Assembly (NCBI GenBank): GCA_963771465.1
Contig: CAVYTU010000015.1
Location: forward strand, 96,001-160,000
Direction of reading: 5' to 3'
Length of the DNA: 64,000 nucleotides
Origin: an uncultured delta proteobacterium
GTDB lineage: Bacteria > Desulfobacterota > Binatia > UBA9968
The translations under genes were made by a program, and so were the position numbers. How positions within the stretch are numbered: the stretch's first letter is position 1; each line of letters opens with the position of its first letter. The notes under the pieces were generated by a model. It saw only the letters and a program-made list of their open reading frames with translations. It did no database searches and was not told where the DNA came from. Below are positions 20,255 through 29,785 of this stretch, one piece after another.

Positions 20255-21427
20255 ATGGGCTATCAAGGTTTTACCGTCATCGACGCCGACTCGCATTTCC
20301 GCGAGTATCTCGACGTCGATCGCACCTATCGCGACAATATCGATCCTGAGTATCGTGAAGCGTTCGAGCGGCTTTCCCGCGCCGTCGCCAAGCGACGTGA
20401 GGTAGGGCAATCCACCGATCTGTTCATGGGACCCATGGCGATCATCGAACCGTCGGACGAGTGGCGTCCACTCGGCGTCTACGATACCTTCGGCGCCGAG
20501 CGACCAACTCAGGCGCGCATGACGCGCCAGACGCCGATTCCGCGCGAGGTCAACTGGCAGCCGGAGCTGAGACTCAAGGATATGGACCGCGCCGGGATCG
20601 ATATGAGCGTGATCTTTCCGAGCCACGCCGCCAGTTATTGTATTTTGCGCGAGGTTGGTTTCGAGAGCGCGCTGCACCGGGCGCATCACCGTTACATGAG
20701 CCAATACTGTGGCGGCGCCAACGGCCGGCTGCGCTGGGTCGCCATCGCGACCATGCGCGATATAGCCGCGAGCGTAGGAGAAATCACCCATTGGGCCGAG
20801 AAAGATGCCAATCTCGCCGGCGTGCTGGTGCCGCCGCTCTGTCCCGATGGCAAGCTGCTCGACACTCCTGATCTCCATCCGTTGTTTCAGCGCGCTCAGG
20901 AACTCGACCTGCCGATTCTGGTTCACGGCGGCGTCTTGCGCTCACCCCACGGCCCTGGCGCCAGCGAGCTCAATAACGCCGGCTTTATCATTCGCGCCGT
21001 CTATCAGCCTTGGGGCGGCATGACCGCAATCAGCGCGCTGATTGGCGGCGGCGTTTTCGAACTGTTCACCAAGCTCCGCGTCGCGGTTTTCGAAACCAGC
21101 GCGGGCTGGCTGCCGTGGTTAATTGAACGGCTCGACGAAAGCTATGAGTCAAAGCCGAATCTTGTGCCCCATTTGAAGCGCAAACCATCCGAGGTGCTCG
21201 CCGAAGGACGGCTGTTCCACTCCATCGACCCCGGCGAGCGTTACATCGCGCATTGTGTCCAAGAGTTGGGCGAAGACATCTGGCTGTTCGCGACGGATTA
21301 CCCGCACACCGGCGTGGCATTTCCCGACGGCGCCCAAGCCGCAGTCGACCGGCCGGGACTCTCCGAAAGCGCCAAGAGAAAAATCCTCGGCGCCAACGCG
21401 CAACGCTTATTTGCCCGGCTCGCCTGA
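20255..21427 (+). CDS. Amidohydrolase_2 family metalloenzyme
   Basis: IDADSH, DMDRAGID, PILVH, FATDYPH, KILGANAQRLF. Confidence 0.88.
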   Translation: MGYQGFTVIDADSHFREYLDVDRTYRDNIDPEYREAFERLSRAVAKRREVGQSTDLFMGPMAIIEPSDEWRPLGVYDTFGAERPTQARMTRQTPIPREVNWQPELRLKDMDRAGIDMSVIFPSHAASYCILREVGFESALHRAHHRYMSQYCGGANGRLRWVAIATMRDIAASVGEITHWAEKDANLAGVLVPPLCPDGKLLDTPDLHPLFQRAQELDLPILVHGGVLRSPHGPGASELNNAGFIIRAVYQPWGGMTAISALIGGGVFELFTKLRVAVFETSAGWLPWLIERLDESYESKPNLVPHLKRKPSEVLAEGRLFHSIDPGERYIAHCVQELGEDIWLFATDYPHTGVAFPDGAQAAVDRPGLSESAKRKILGANAQRLFARLA

Positions 21428-21613
21428 GCAGTCGCGCAAGACAGCACCCCGGTGAAATCGCTGATAAGAAGGATTGCACCCACGACAATTTAACCGAAGT
21501 CGGAGACTTCACGGTGACCCCCGCTTGCCGATTGACGCGAGTTTTTCTAAGATCACCCCATTAACTCGTAGAAATTCTTTGAATGAAGACTCCGAGAAAG
21601 CGAGGACACTGCA

Positions 21614-22888
21614 ATGTTAACTAGAGAAGAGAACCAACTGGTAACTCGCGTCGGTCGCGGCACACCGATGGGCGAAGTCATGCGACGTTATTGGATGCCG
21701 GCGTTGCTCGCCGAACAATTACCGTCGCCCGATTGCCCGCCGGTTCGGGTGAAACTCTTGGGCGAAGAACTGGTCGCCTTTCGCGACAGCCAAGGCCGCG
21801 TCGGCCTATTGGAAGAATTTTGTCCGCACCGGCGCGCATCGCTCTTCCTGGGCCGTAACGAAGAGAGCGGCTTGCGCTGCGTCTATCACGGCTGGAAGTT
21901 CGACGTTCAAGGCCGTTGCGTCGACATGCCCAACGAGCCGGCGGCGAGCAACTTCAAAGACAAGGTTAGCATACAATCCTATCCCACGATCGAAATGGGC
22001 GGGGTGATCTGGACCTACATGGGTCCGCCGGAAAAAATCCCCGAACCGGTCGGTATGGAGTGGCTGCGTGCTCCAGAGAACCATCGCTTCGTGTCTCAGA
22101 CCCATGAATTTTGCAATTACGTCCAATGCGTCGAAGGCGGCATCGATACCTGCCACGGCTCGTTTCTCCACAACAACGATCTCTCCGATCTCGCCGCGTT
22201 TAGCCGCATCGATCGGGCGCCGCGGCTGGAAGTGGAACGGACCGATTATGGCTTTCGATATGTCGGTATTCGCGATGTAGGCGAGATCGGCACCTATTTG
22301 CGGCTCTATCAATTCGTCCTGCCGTTTCATCAGTTCCGCTCCCAACAAATCGTTCGCCGTAAAGGCCAAGGCAGCGGCAACCGCGCCGATATCCCGATCA
22401 TGAAAGGCCACATGTGGGTGCCCATGGATGACCACAGCACCATGGTTTACAACTGGATGTTTGCTGTCGACGAGGACAAACCGATGACTCAGGAGTTCAT
22501 CGAGCAGCAGGAAAACAGCGGCGGCCGCGGTCCCGCAGGCGAAACTACCGTGCGCCACCGCACCCGCGAAAATGACTGGCTGATCGACCGCGAAGTGCAA
22601 CGCACGAAGACTTACACCGGCATCAAGGGCGTCAACACGCAGGACTTGGCCGTGCAGGAAAGCATGGGCGCCATCGTCGATCGCAGCCTCGAGCATCTCG
22701 GCACATCGGATAAAGCGATTATTACCTACCGGCGCATTCTGCTCGACGTTCTCCGCGATTTTGAGAACGGCATCGAGCCGCTCGGTGTCAACCCGCGCAC
22801 TTATCGCAATGTACGATCGGCCGATATCGTCATTCCAAAAGACGCGCGCTGGCAAGACATCGCCGACCAAAGTGTCGCGCACTGGTAG
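21614..22888 (+). CDS. Rieske non-heme iron oxygenase (phthalate 4,5-dioxygenase OphA2-like family)
   Basis: Rieske CPHR...CVYH; mononuclear Fe motif EGGIDTCHGSFLH; QDLAVQESMG..VDRSLEHLG.SD. Confidence 0.88.
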   Translation: MLTREENQLVTRVGRGTPMGEVMRRYWMPALLAEQLPSPDCPPVRVKLLGEELVAFRDSQGRVGLLEEFCPHRRASLFLGRNEESGLRCVYHGWKFDVQGRCVDMPNEPAASNFKDKVSIQSYPTIEMGGVIWTYMGPPEKIPEPVGMEWLRAPENHRFVSQTHEFCNYVQCVEGGIDTCHGSFLHNNDLSDLAAFSRIDRAPRLEVERTDYGFRYVGIRDVGEIGTYLRLYQFVLPFHQFRSQQIVRRKGQGSGNRADIPIMKGHMWVPMDDHSTMVYNWMFAVDEDKPMTQEFIEQQENSGGRGPAGETTVRHRTRENDWLIDREVQRTKTYTGIKGVNTQDLAVQESMGAIVDRSLEHLGTSDKAIITYRRILLDVLRDFENGIEPLGVNPRTYRNVRSADIVIPKDARWQDIADQSVAHW

Positions 22889-22896
22889 ATACGGTA

Positions 22897-24043
22897 ATGC
22901 CCAGTGTAATTGCACAGATGAGGCATCGGCGCGTCGTTACATTCTCGGTGCTCTTGGCTTTGGCATCATTTTTTTACTGCGCGCCGACCCTTCACGCGGA
23001 CTGGAAAAGCGACTGGGAGAAAGTAACCGCAGCAGCGAAAAAAGAAGGCCAGCTCAATCTCTACGTCGGCCGGTACGGCCAGGCGGCGCTGCTGGACGAG
23101 TTCAAAAAAGAATTCCCCGAGATCAAGATTGTTTCGGTCAATGGCACCGGCGATCAATTGGCGACGCGCATCGCCGCCGAAGTGCGCGGCGGCAAAACCA
23201 TCGCCGACATTTACAGCGGCGGGCCCAATTCAATTCAGAACGCGCTTTACCGCGGCAAGATGCTCGACTCGATCAAGTCCGCTTTTATTCTGCCGGAAAT
23301 CCTCGATGAGTCGAAATGGTATGGCGGCAAACATGTTTTCATTGACCGCGAAGGCCAGTTCATATTTCTTTACGTCGCGCTGCCGGGCTCGCGCGGTTTA
23401 TCTTTCAACGCAAGCTTGGTAAACCCGAAAGGAATTCAAATCGTATTGGGATCTGACGCTACCGAAGTGGAAAGGAAAAATCACTTCCCAGCGGGTCACT
23501 GAAACCGGCCTGAGCGCGCACTTGCAGTTCTACTACTATCATCCCGACCTCGGCCCCGAGTTCATCAAGCGCGCCTTCGGCGCCATGGACATCACGTTTG
23601 GTGATCGGCGCACGATCACCGATTGGCTGGCGGTCGGCAAATACGCCATCTGCCATGGCTGCCGCCAAGTCGACAAAGCCCAGAGTCAAGGTCTGGCGGT
23701 CGATGACTTCGACACTGGCGATTGGAAAGAAGGACAGCAGCTCAGCACGGGCGGCGGCTCCATCGGGCTGATCAAAGGCGGGCCCAATCCTAACGCGGCG
23801 CGGGTTTTTATCAATTGGTTCCTGTCGCGCAAAGGGCAGACGGCGATGCAAAAATCCAACGATCTTTACGGCGAGAATCCGCCGAACTCTCGCCGCATCG
23901 ATATTCCCAAAGACATGCTGCCTAGTGAAAACCGTCTGATCGACGGTAGAAAATATCTAGACGTATCGAACCCGGAGTTTAGCGACATGGCGCCGGTACT
24001 AAAACTAGCGCGCGAGATCATGCGCGCGCGCGATCAGAAGTGA
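22897..24043 (+). pseudogene. ABC solute-binding protein split by a +1 frameshift near 23430
   Basis: Removing one base from CCGAAAGGAATTC restores VNPKEFKSYWDLTLPKWKGKI and joins ORFs 22897-23502 and 23522-24043; paralog of 8894-9994. Confidence 0.8.
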
Positions 24044-24050
24044 GGAGACT

Positions 24051-25175
24051 ATGAAGATAATTGGTATCAGCAAAATTTTCTTGTTGGCTGCGAGTTGGTT
24101 CTTAGTCTGTGGCAACAGCTTTGCCGCCGCACCCAACGCAGCGTTAGTCAAAGCCAAACAAGACGCCGAAGCCAAAGGATTCCTATTCGAATCGAGCCAC
24201 GACGACATCGTCGCCAAGGCCAAGAAGGAAGGCAAGCTACGCGTCATCAGCACCATGGAAACCGCCGTCATCAAGGCAATGCGCGATAGCTTCAAGAAAA
24301 AGTATCCGTTCATCGACGTGCAGACTCAGGAGCTCGGCTCGGTCGACGAGAATCAACGCTTTCTCCTGGAGCTCAAAGCCGGCATCGTCAAAAACTGGGA
24401 CGTGAACCGGGCGTACACTGACTTCTACGATCAGTATTTTCCTTATCAGAAAAAATTTGACATCCTTGGCATGGCGGAACAGAAAGTGCTGAACATTCCG
24501 CCTAAACTCGTCGATCCACAGCAACGCAATTTGATCGCTATCGGCAGCAACATCACCGTGGTCGCTTACAACAAGAAGATGATCAGCGCCGAGAAAGTGC
24601 CCGATCGTTGGGAGGACTTTCTCAAACCCGAGTTCAAAGGCAAGAAATTCGTGCTCGATATCCGGCCGTTGCCGCTCGGTATGTTAGTGCCCGCTTGGGG
24701 TCAAGAGAAAACCGTCGACTTCGCCAAAAAATTAAACGCGCAGCAGCCGGTGTGGGGCCGTGGACACACCCGTGTCATGGCGTCATTGCAAGCCGGCGAA
24801 TATCCGCTCTTCCTCGGCCCGAACTTCGGAGCGGTCAAAAGATCACAAATGAAGGACCCGACCGGAGCGATCGGCTATAAGATTCCAGAACCCATCCCAG
24901 TGCGATTGCATGAAGCCAATGGCGTCTTGGCCAACGCCGAATATCCTTACGCGGCGTTGCTGTGGCTGGAATACCAAGCGTCGCCCGAGGGCCAGAAAAT
25001 CATGGACGAGCACTGGCCGTTCGGCGCATCGCTCTTCGCGCCCGGATCGGCCCAAGAAGAAGTCACCCGCGGTAAAAAACTTTCGCTCATCGATTGGGGC
25101 CACTACACCAAGCTCGATGACTATATAAACAAAGCCGTCGAAGCGATGGGCTTCCCGACGGCGACCGTGAAGTGA
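24051..25175 (+). CDS. ABC extracellular solute-binding protein
   Basis: AKAKKEGKL, AYNKKMI..P.RWEDFLKPEFKGK, YAALLWLEYQASPEGQ. Confidence 0.82.
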   Translation: MKIIGISKIFLLAASWFLVCGNSFAAAPNAALVKAKQDAEAKGFLFESSHDDIVAKAKKEGKLRVISTMETAVIKAMRDSFKKKYPFIDVQTQELGSVDENQRFLLELKAGIVKNWDVNRAYTDFYDQYFPYQKKFDILGMAEQKVLNIPPKLVDPQQRNLIAIGSNITVVAYNKKMISAEKVPDRWEDFLKPEFKGKKFVLDIRPLPLGMLVPAWGQEKTVDFAKKLNAQQPVWGRGHTRVMASLQAGEYPLFLGPNFGAVKRSQMKDPTGAIGYKIPEPIPVRLHEANGVLANAEYPYAALLWLEYQASPEGQKIMDEHWPFGASLFAPGSAQEEVTRGKKLSLIDWGHYTKLDDYINKAVEAMGFPTATVK

Positions 25176-25177
25176 AT

Positions 25178-25245
25178 AGTCGAGGATGGATCAGGATCGA
25201 AGATGGCAGTCCGATCGCAGATTTCTCGATTCTCCATCTTCGGGC
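25178..25245. repeat. Degenerate heptamer inverted repeat, same family as 5263-5369
   Basis: GTCGAGGATGGATCAGGATCGAAGATGGC...TCTCGATTCTCCATCTTCG. Confidence 0.5.
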
Positions 25246-25292
25246 CATCTGTCGTGATCTAACCCATTGGGCATCATTGATAAGGGAAACAT

Positions 25293-26012
25293 ATGAATCA
25301 AACGCGCATCGGCCTCTTGAGCCCCGAAGGAACCAACTCGGGACACTTTCGCAATTTGGAAAAACTCTTGCCTTCCGAAGTTCACGTTTCGATGGATGGC
25401 TTGGAGCTGGCACGTTCATCGCGCTATGAACTGGCTGATAAATCCGCGGTCATCGTTGCGCGCGCCCGTGATTTCGCCCAGAAAGAGTCGCTGCAAGGAA
25501 TGATAGTCACCGGCGCCCCGGTGGCGATTCTCAATCCAGGAATTGAATTAAAGGTCTCACAGGCTGTGGGAATTCCAGTCGTCACGGCGGTTTCATCCTG
25601 CATCGCGGCGCTCAAAGCTATCGGTGCCAAAAAACTCGTCGTGATGACGCCTTTCGATGTACCGATGAATGAGAAACTTACCAGTGAACTCGAGCGGGCT
25701 GGATTGAACGTGCTCGCCTGCCCGCCGTTCAAAGATCCCACTTTCGGAGCCAGCTCAAAAATCGGCCCGGAGGAAGTCTTTGCAACCACAACAGCCGCCT
25801 TCAATGCGGCTGAGGGCGCCGACGCGATTTATTTCCAAGGCGCGCGACTCGATCCGCTGCCGGTAATCGACAAATTAGAAGGGTCGCTCGGCGTACCGGT
25901 GATCGCCAGCAATCCGGCGATGTTGTGGAACATCTTGTCGCTCTTGAACGTTCAATGCTCCATCAGCGGCTACGGCAAGCTGCTCAAGAATTGGCCGCTG
26001 CTGATCAAGTAA
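25293..26012 (+). CDS. Maleate isomerase / arylmalonate decarboxylase-fold protein
   Basis: RIGLLSP, GIPVVTA, ALKAIGAKKLVVMTPF, ADAIYFQG, LGVPVIASNPAMLW, GYGKLL. Confidence 0.8.
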   Translation: MNQTRIGLLSPEGTNSGHFRNLEKLLPSEVHVSMDGLELARSSRYELADKSAVIVARARDFAQKESLQGMIVTGAPVAILNPGIELKVSQAVGIPVVTAVSSCIAALKAIGAKKLVVMTPFDVPMNEKLTSELERAGLNVLACPPFKDPTFGASSKIGPEEVFATTTAAFNAAEGADAIYFQGARLDPLPVIDKLEGSLGVPVIASNPAMLWNILSLLNVQCSISGYGKLLKNWPLLIK

Positions 26013-26026
26013 AAGTAACTACGCCT

Positions 26027-27040
26027 ATGAAGATAAAACTATTTGTACTTCGTTTAGGGTTGATAATTGTTATTGGCAGCGGCGCTGCCAAGCTGTTTGC
26101 CGCCGACGCTTCGCTGGTTGAAAGAGCCAAGAAGGAAGGCACCTTCATGCTCTACTCGTCCATGAACCAGCCGGACGTCAATCACCTGTTTGACGGCTTC
26201 CGCAAGAAATATCCGTTTATTACGCCAAAAGGCTATACGACGAGAAGCGCCGCTCTGCTGGAGAGGGTTGTTACCGAGGCTCGGGCGGGAAAACAGTTCG
26301 CCGACGTCATCCAAGGCAACGCTTTTACCCTCTATTTGCTGGCCAAGCGAGGCCATACGGAAGCTTATTTTTCTCCCGAAGCCAAAACCTACGCCGACTC
26401 CTTCCGCGATCCGGCCAATGGTTGGATCGCGGTTTATCTGCAACTGAACGTCATCGGCTACAACAGCAAGCTCGTGCCACGAGCCGAAGCGCCCAAAGGC
26501 TACGAGGATCTTTTGAATCCCAAATGGAAAGGCCGTATGGGCCTCGATGACAAACAATACATTTGGTACGACGGCATGCTCAAAGCGCTCGGGCGTGAAA
26601 AAGGACTCGCTTACATGAAGCGGCTCGCCGGCCAAGCGATTAACTTTCGCAGCGGCAACTCGTTGCTGGCCAATCTGCTCGCCGCCGGCGAATTCGGCAT
26701 TTTGATCAACACGCGGCCGGAAAGCATCGACGAGCTCAAGCAGAAAGGTGCGCCGGTCGAATGGGTCACGACCAAACCGATGACCGCCAATGTGCTTCCC
26801 ATCGCGATCGCGAAAAACGCTCAACATCCCAACGCCGGCAAACTTTTCATGGACTACATGCTCTCGGAAGAAGGACAAAAAGTTTTGAGCGCCATGAGCC
26901 GCACACCGGTTCGCCCAGGCATCCCGGCCACCAATCCGCGCTTATCGCAGGGCCTTGAAATCGCCGTCAACGACCCCGGCATGGCCGAACGCTTCGATCA
27001 AGTCGTCGAGCAGTACAAGAGTGTTTTTGGCTTGCAGTAG
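26027..27040 (+). CDS. ABC extracellular solute-binding protein (Fe3+-type family)
   Basis: AKKEG..MLYSSM, GYNSKLV...YEDLLNPKWKG, HPNAGKLFMDYMLSEEGQ. Confidence 0.85.
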   Translation: MKIKLFVLRLGLIIVIGSGAAKLFAADASLVERAKKEGTFMLYSSMNQPDVNHLFDGFRKKYPFITPKGYTTRSAALLERVVTEARAGKQFADVIQGNAFTLYLLAKRGHTEAYFSPEAKTYADSFRDPANGWIAVYLQLNVIGYNSKLVPRAEAPKGYEDLLNPKWKGRMGLDDKQYIWYDGMLKALGREKGLAYMKRLAGQAINFRSGNSLLANLLAAGEFGILINTRPESIDELKQKGAPVEWVTTKPMTANVLPIAIAKNAQHPNAGKLFMDYMLSEEGQKVLSAMSRTPVRPGIPATNPRLSQGLEIAVNDPGMAERFDQVVEQYKSVFGLQ

Positions 27041-27060
27041 CCCTACGGGATATCGCATTA

Positions 27061-27138
27061 CAAATTCCAAATTCTAGATTCCAAATCGCCGGTCCGAATT
27101 CTGAAATCTGGAGTTTGGAATCTGCAATCTGAAATTCC
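27061..27138. repeat. Heptamer (AATTCCA/TGGAATC-like) imperfect inverted repeat
   Basis: CAAATTCCAAATTCTAGATTCCAAATC...AAATCTGGAGTTTGGAATCTGCAATCTGAAATT. Confidence 0.6.
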
Positions 27139-27164
27139 TCGCGTTAGCGAGGACGGGAGGCTTT

Positions 27165-27944
27165 ATGAAGATCATGTTTCTTTCCTACTCGCCGCGCGGC
27201 AAATCACGCGACACCTTTGATAATGAAACTCAGCGTCAATTGGAAAGCTACGCTTCGCCCGGCACGGAGATTGTGCTCGCCGCGCCCGAAGATCAGGGTG
27301 GCGGCGCGGTCGACAAGCGGCTCTCCGCGGAGATGGCGATAAACGGCCTGCATCATCTTCTCCGTGTGCCGGCGTTGATCAAGAAAGTTGTCGAGGCGGA
27401 GCGCGACGGCTTCGACGCGGTGATCCAGAGCAACACCTACGACCCCGGCGTCGAGCAAGCACGCCTCGCCGTGCGTATTCCCGTCGTTGGAGTGCTGCGA
27501 GCCAGCTGTCACGTCGCCGCCTGCCTCTCCCATCGAGTTGGCATTACGATTTTGCTTGAATCGATGCTCCCCTACACACGCAGCATCCTACGCGAGTACG
27601 GTCTGACGTCCCTCATCAGCGGTATCAAAGCGCTCAACATGTACGAAACTGGCGATCTCGCCAAAGTGCGCGAACCGATCAAACAGAAAGTGATCCAGCT
27701 AGCGAAGGAACTTAAAGCGGAAGGCGCCGAAGTCGTGATTCCACTCGGCGGCCGAGTCTTTCCTGGAGCGATAAGCTGCGAAGAAATCGAAGCCGAAGCC
27801 GGCATCCCGATCCTCAACACGAAGGCAATCGGCATCCAGTTCACCGAAATGCTGGTACGCAACCGTATGAGCCACAGCCCGCTCGCCTACCCGTGCAAGA
27901 TTCCACTTGCACCGGAGGATTTTACCAAGAAGATGTCTAGTTAA
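27165..27944 (+). CDS. Asp/Glu/hydantoin racemase-family protein
   Basis: ASPGTEI, AERDGFDAVI...DPGV..AR.AV.IPVVG, GAEVVIPLG, GIPILN. Confidence 0.8.
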   Translation: MKIMFLSYSPRGKSRDTFDNETQRQLESYASPGTEIVLAAPEDQGGGAVDKRLSAEMAINGLHHLLRVPALIKKVVEAERDGFDAVIQSNTYDPGVEQARLAVRIPVVGVLRASCHVAACLSHRVGITILLESMLPYTRSILREYGLTSLISGIKALNMYETGDLAKVREPIKQKVIQLAKELKAEGAEVVIPLGGRVFPGAISCEEIEAEAGIPILNTKAIGIQFTEMLVRNRMSHSPLAYPCKIPLAPEDFTKKMSS

Positions 27945-28022
27945 GCGGCTGTGAAGGATTGCGCATGACGCAACTCAAATCACTACCTCCCCAGTTCGTA
28001 AGGAGCGCCCTAGCGCGCGCTG

Positions 28023-28865
28023 TTATGATTTGCAAAATTCGAGTACTCGATCGCATACTTTCTGAGTCGTCTGCTCCGGCGGCATGACGTTCCAGAAATC
28101 AGACTTCGGTAGAAGCTCGCGCAGATAGTGCGCCCCAGAGGTCGCGTGGGATTGATCGTCGCCCGGAATAATCAATGACGGCGCTTTGACGCCCATTACT
28201 TCTTCCGGTTCAGCTCCCGGTGCCGTGTCGCGGTCAAACAGAGTGCGCCCGCTGGTGATGGTGATGCTCAGATAACGCTCCAAATCCTGACTCGCGAATC
28301 TGTGCGCAAAAGAATGATCCCTGGCGATCAAGCCCGCCCATGGGCCTGTTTCTGGGTCCTGCCAGAAATTTTTCTTGTCCCGCGACCGCTCGATGACGCC
28401 GGTCAAACCATTTTGCTTAGCGAAATTGGAATGGCGCACGAATCGGTCTTGCGCGGCAACCTTCCACCGATAGCCGCCCACCGGCCAGTGCAGAATCAAT
28501 CCCCGCGTCGCTTCCGGATAGTGTACGCCGAAGGCCAACGCCACCGAGCAGCCCATGCAGCCGCCCATGATGTAAGCCGAGTCGATTTTTAAATGATCGA
28601 GCAGCGCTTTGCCCTGTTTGGTATACGTCGCCCAGCCGAGCCGCTCGATGCGCCCGCCGGACCGGCCACACTCGCGCCGGTCGTAGACGATCAACTGGTG
28701 CTCGGCGCCAAGCGCATCGAACGCATTGATCCCAGTCCATGCGCTCGCCACGCGCCACTTGTCGATGGTCGCGTCGAAGCCGCCCGGCGCGCACATCAAG
28801 ATCGGCGTTCCCGAACCGTAGGTTTCGTAGTAAGTTTCAATCCCGTCGAGGGTCGCAGTCGGCAT
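28023..28865 (-). CDS. Alpha/beta hydrolase-fold protein
   Basis: YYETYGSG.P, YDRRECGRS, nucleophile elbow GGCMG, LIIPGDDQSH. Confidence 0.82.
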   Translation of the reverse strand: MPTATLDGIETYYETYGSGTPILMCAPGGFDATIDKWRVASAWTGINAFDALGAEHQLIVYDRRECGRSGGRIERLGWATYTKQGKALLDHLKIDSAYIMGGCMGCSVALAFGVHYPEATRGLILHWPVGGYRWKVAAQDRFVRHSNFAKQNGLTGVIERSRDKKNFWQDPETGPWAGLIARDHSFAHRFASQDLERYLSITITSGRTLFDRDTAPGAEPEEVMGVKAPSLIIPGDDQSHATSGAHYLRELLPKSDFWNVMPPEQTTQKVCDRVLEFCKS

Positions 28866-28969
28866 GGTTTTCTCCTCTGACTCTGCTATAGATTTTAACT
28901 CGACCCATGCTTATCACGGCGCCGGTTGGGAGAAAAGTTTCACTGCCAGCAGGACTCGGAGGTTAAGAA

Positions 28970-29785
28970 GTGAGCGATCGAGAAACCGAAACAAAATTCA
29001 CCGAACTTTTAGATGTGATGGCGCGGTTACGCAGTGAAACCGGCTGCCCATGGGACAAAGAGCAAACCCATTTGTCACTCAAAGCGTGCCTACTGGAGGA
29101 AACCTACGAACTGCTCGACGCTCTCGACGACGGCGACACAAAGAAGCTTAAAGAGGAGTTGGGCGATGTTTTGTTGCAAGTTATTTTCCACGCACAGATC
29201 GCCAGCGAAGAGCGCCGCTTCACGATCAAAGACGTAATCGAATTACTCACCGACAAACTCGTCCGCCGCCACCCCTATGTTTTTGCCGGCGAACCGCTCC
29301 CCGAAGATCCCGCGGCCGCGCTCAAACAACGCGCGCAGATCAAAGCCAATGAAAAGAAGGATGGCAAAAGCCAATCTGCCCTCGGCAATGTGCCCAAGGC
29401 AATGCCGGCGCTGGCGCGGGCACAGTCCATCTCCCGGCGCGCCGCCCATCTCGGTTTCGAGTGGCCGAACATCGACCCGGTCTGGGCTAAGGTCGAAGAG
29501 GAGATGCGCGAACTTAAGGAAGCCGTGGCGTCGGGTAATAAAACTCATACCGGCGAAGAATTTGGCGATCTGCTTTTCACTATGGTCAATATCGCGCGCT
29601 TTCTCGATATCGAGTCGGAAGAAGTGTTAGCTCAGACCGTCGACCGCTTTACCCGCCGCTTCCATCACATCGAAGCGCGACTGCGCCAAGCCAATAAGGA
29701 ATGGGGTCAGTCGTCCATCGAAGAGATGGATCGCTACTGGGATGAAGCCAAAAAGATCGAAGCTCAAGGGAAGTCGGTAAAATGA
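28970..29785 (+). CDS. mazG: Nucleoside triphosphate pyrophosphohydrolase MazG
   Basis: GCPWDKEQT, EETYE, EELGDVLLQV, KLVRRHP, EEFGDLLF. Confidence 0.93.
   Translation: MSDRETETKFTELLDVMARLRSETGCPWDKEQTHLSLKACLLEETYELLDALDDGDTKKLKEELGDVLLQVIFHAQIASEERRFTIKDVIELLTDKLVRRHPYVFAGEPLPEDPAAALKQRAQIKANEKKDGKSQSALGNVPKAMPALARAQSISRRAAHLGFEWPNIDPVWAKVEEEMRELKEAVASGNKTHTGEEFGDLLFTMVNIARFLDIESEEVLAQTVDRFTRRFHHIEARLRQANKEWGQSSIEEMDRYWDEAKKIEAQGKSVK

Noticed and set aside
21806-22915. Long antisense ORFs (369 aa here; also 2909-3739, 12369-13220, 26054-26878, 55058-55858)
   Set aside because: Shadow frames of well-supported genes, expected at high GC
23420-23440. Programmed ribosomal frameshift
   Set aside because: No canonical slippery heptamer or evident stimulator; a simple indel is more parsimonious
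5263-27138. Short intergenic repeats as CRISPR arrays
   Set aside because: No constant repeat with unique spacers and no cas genes
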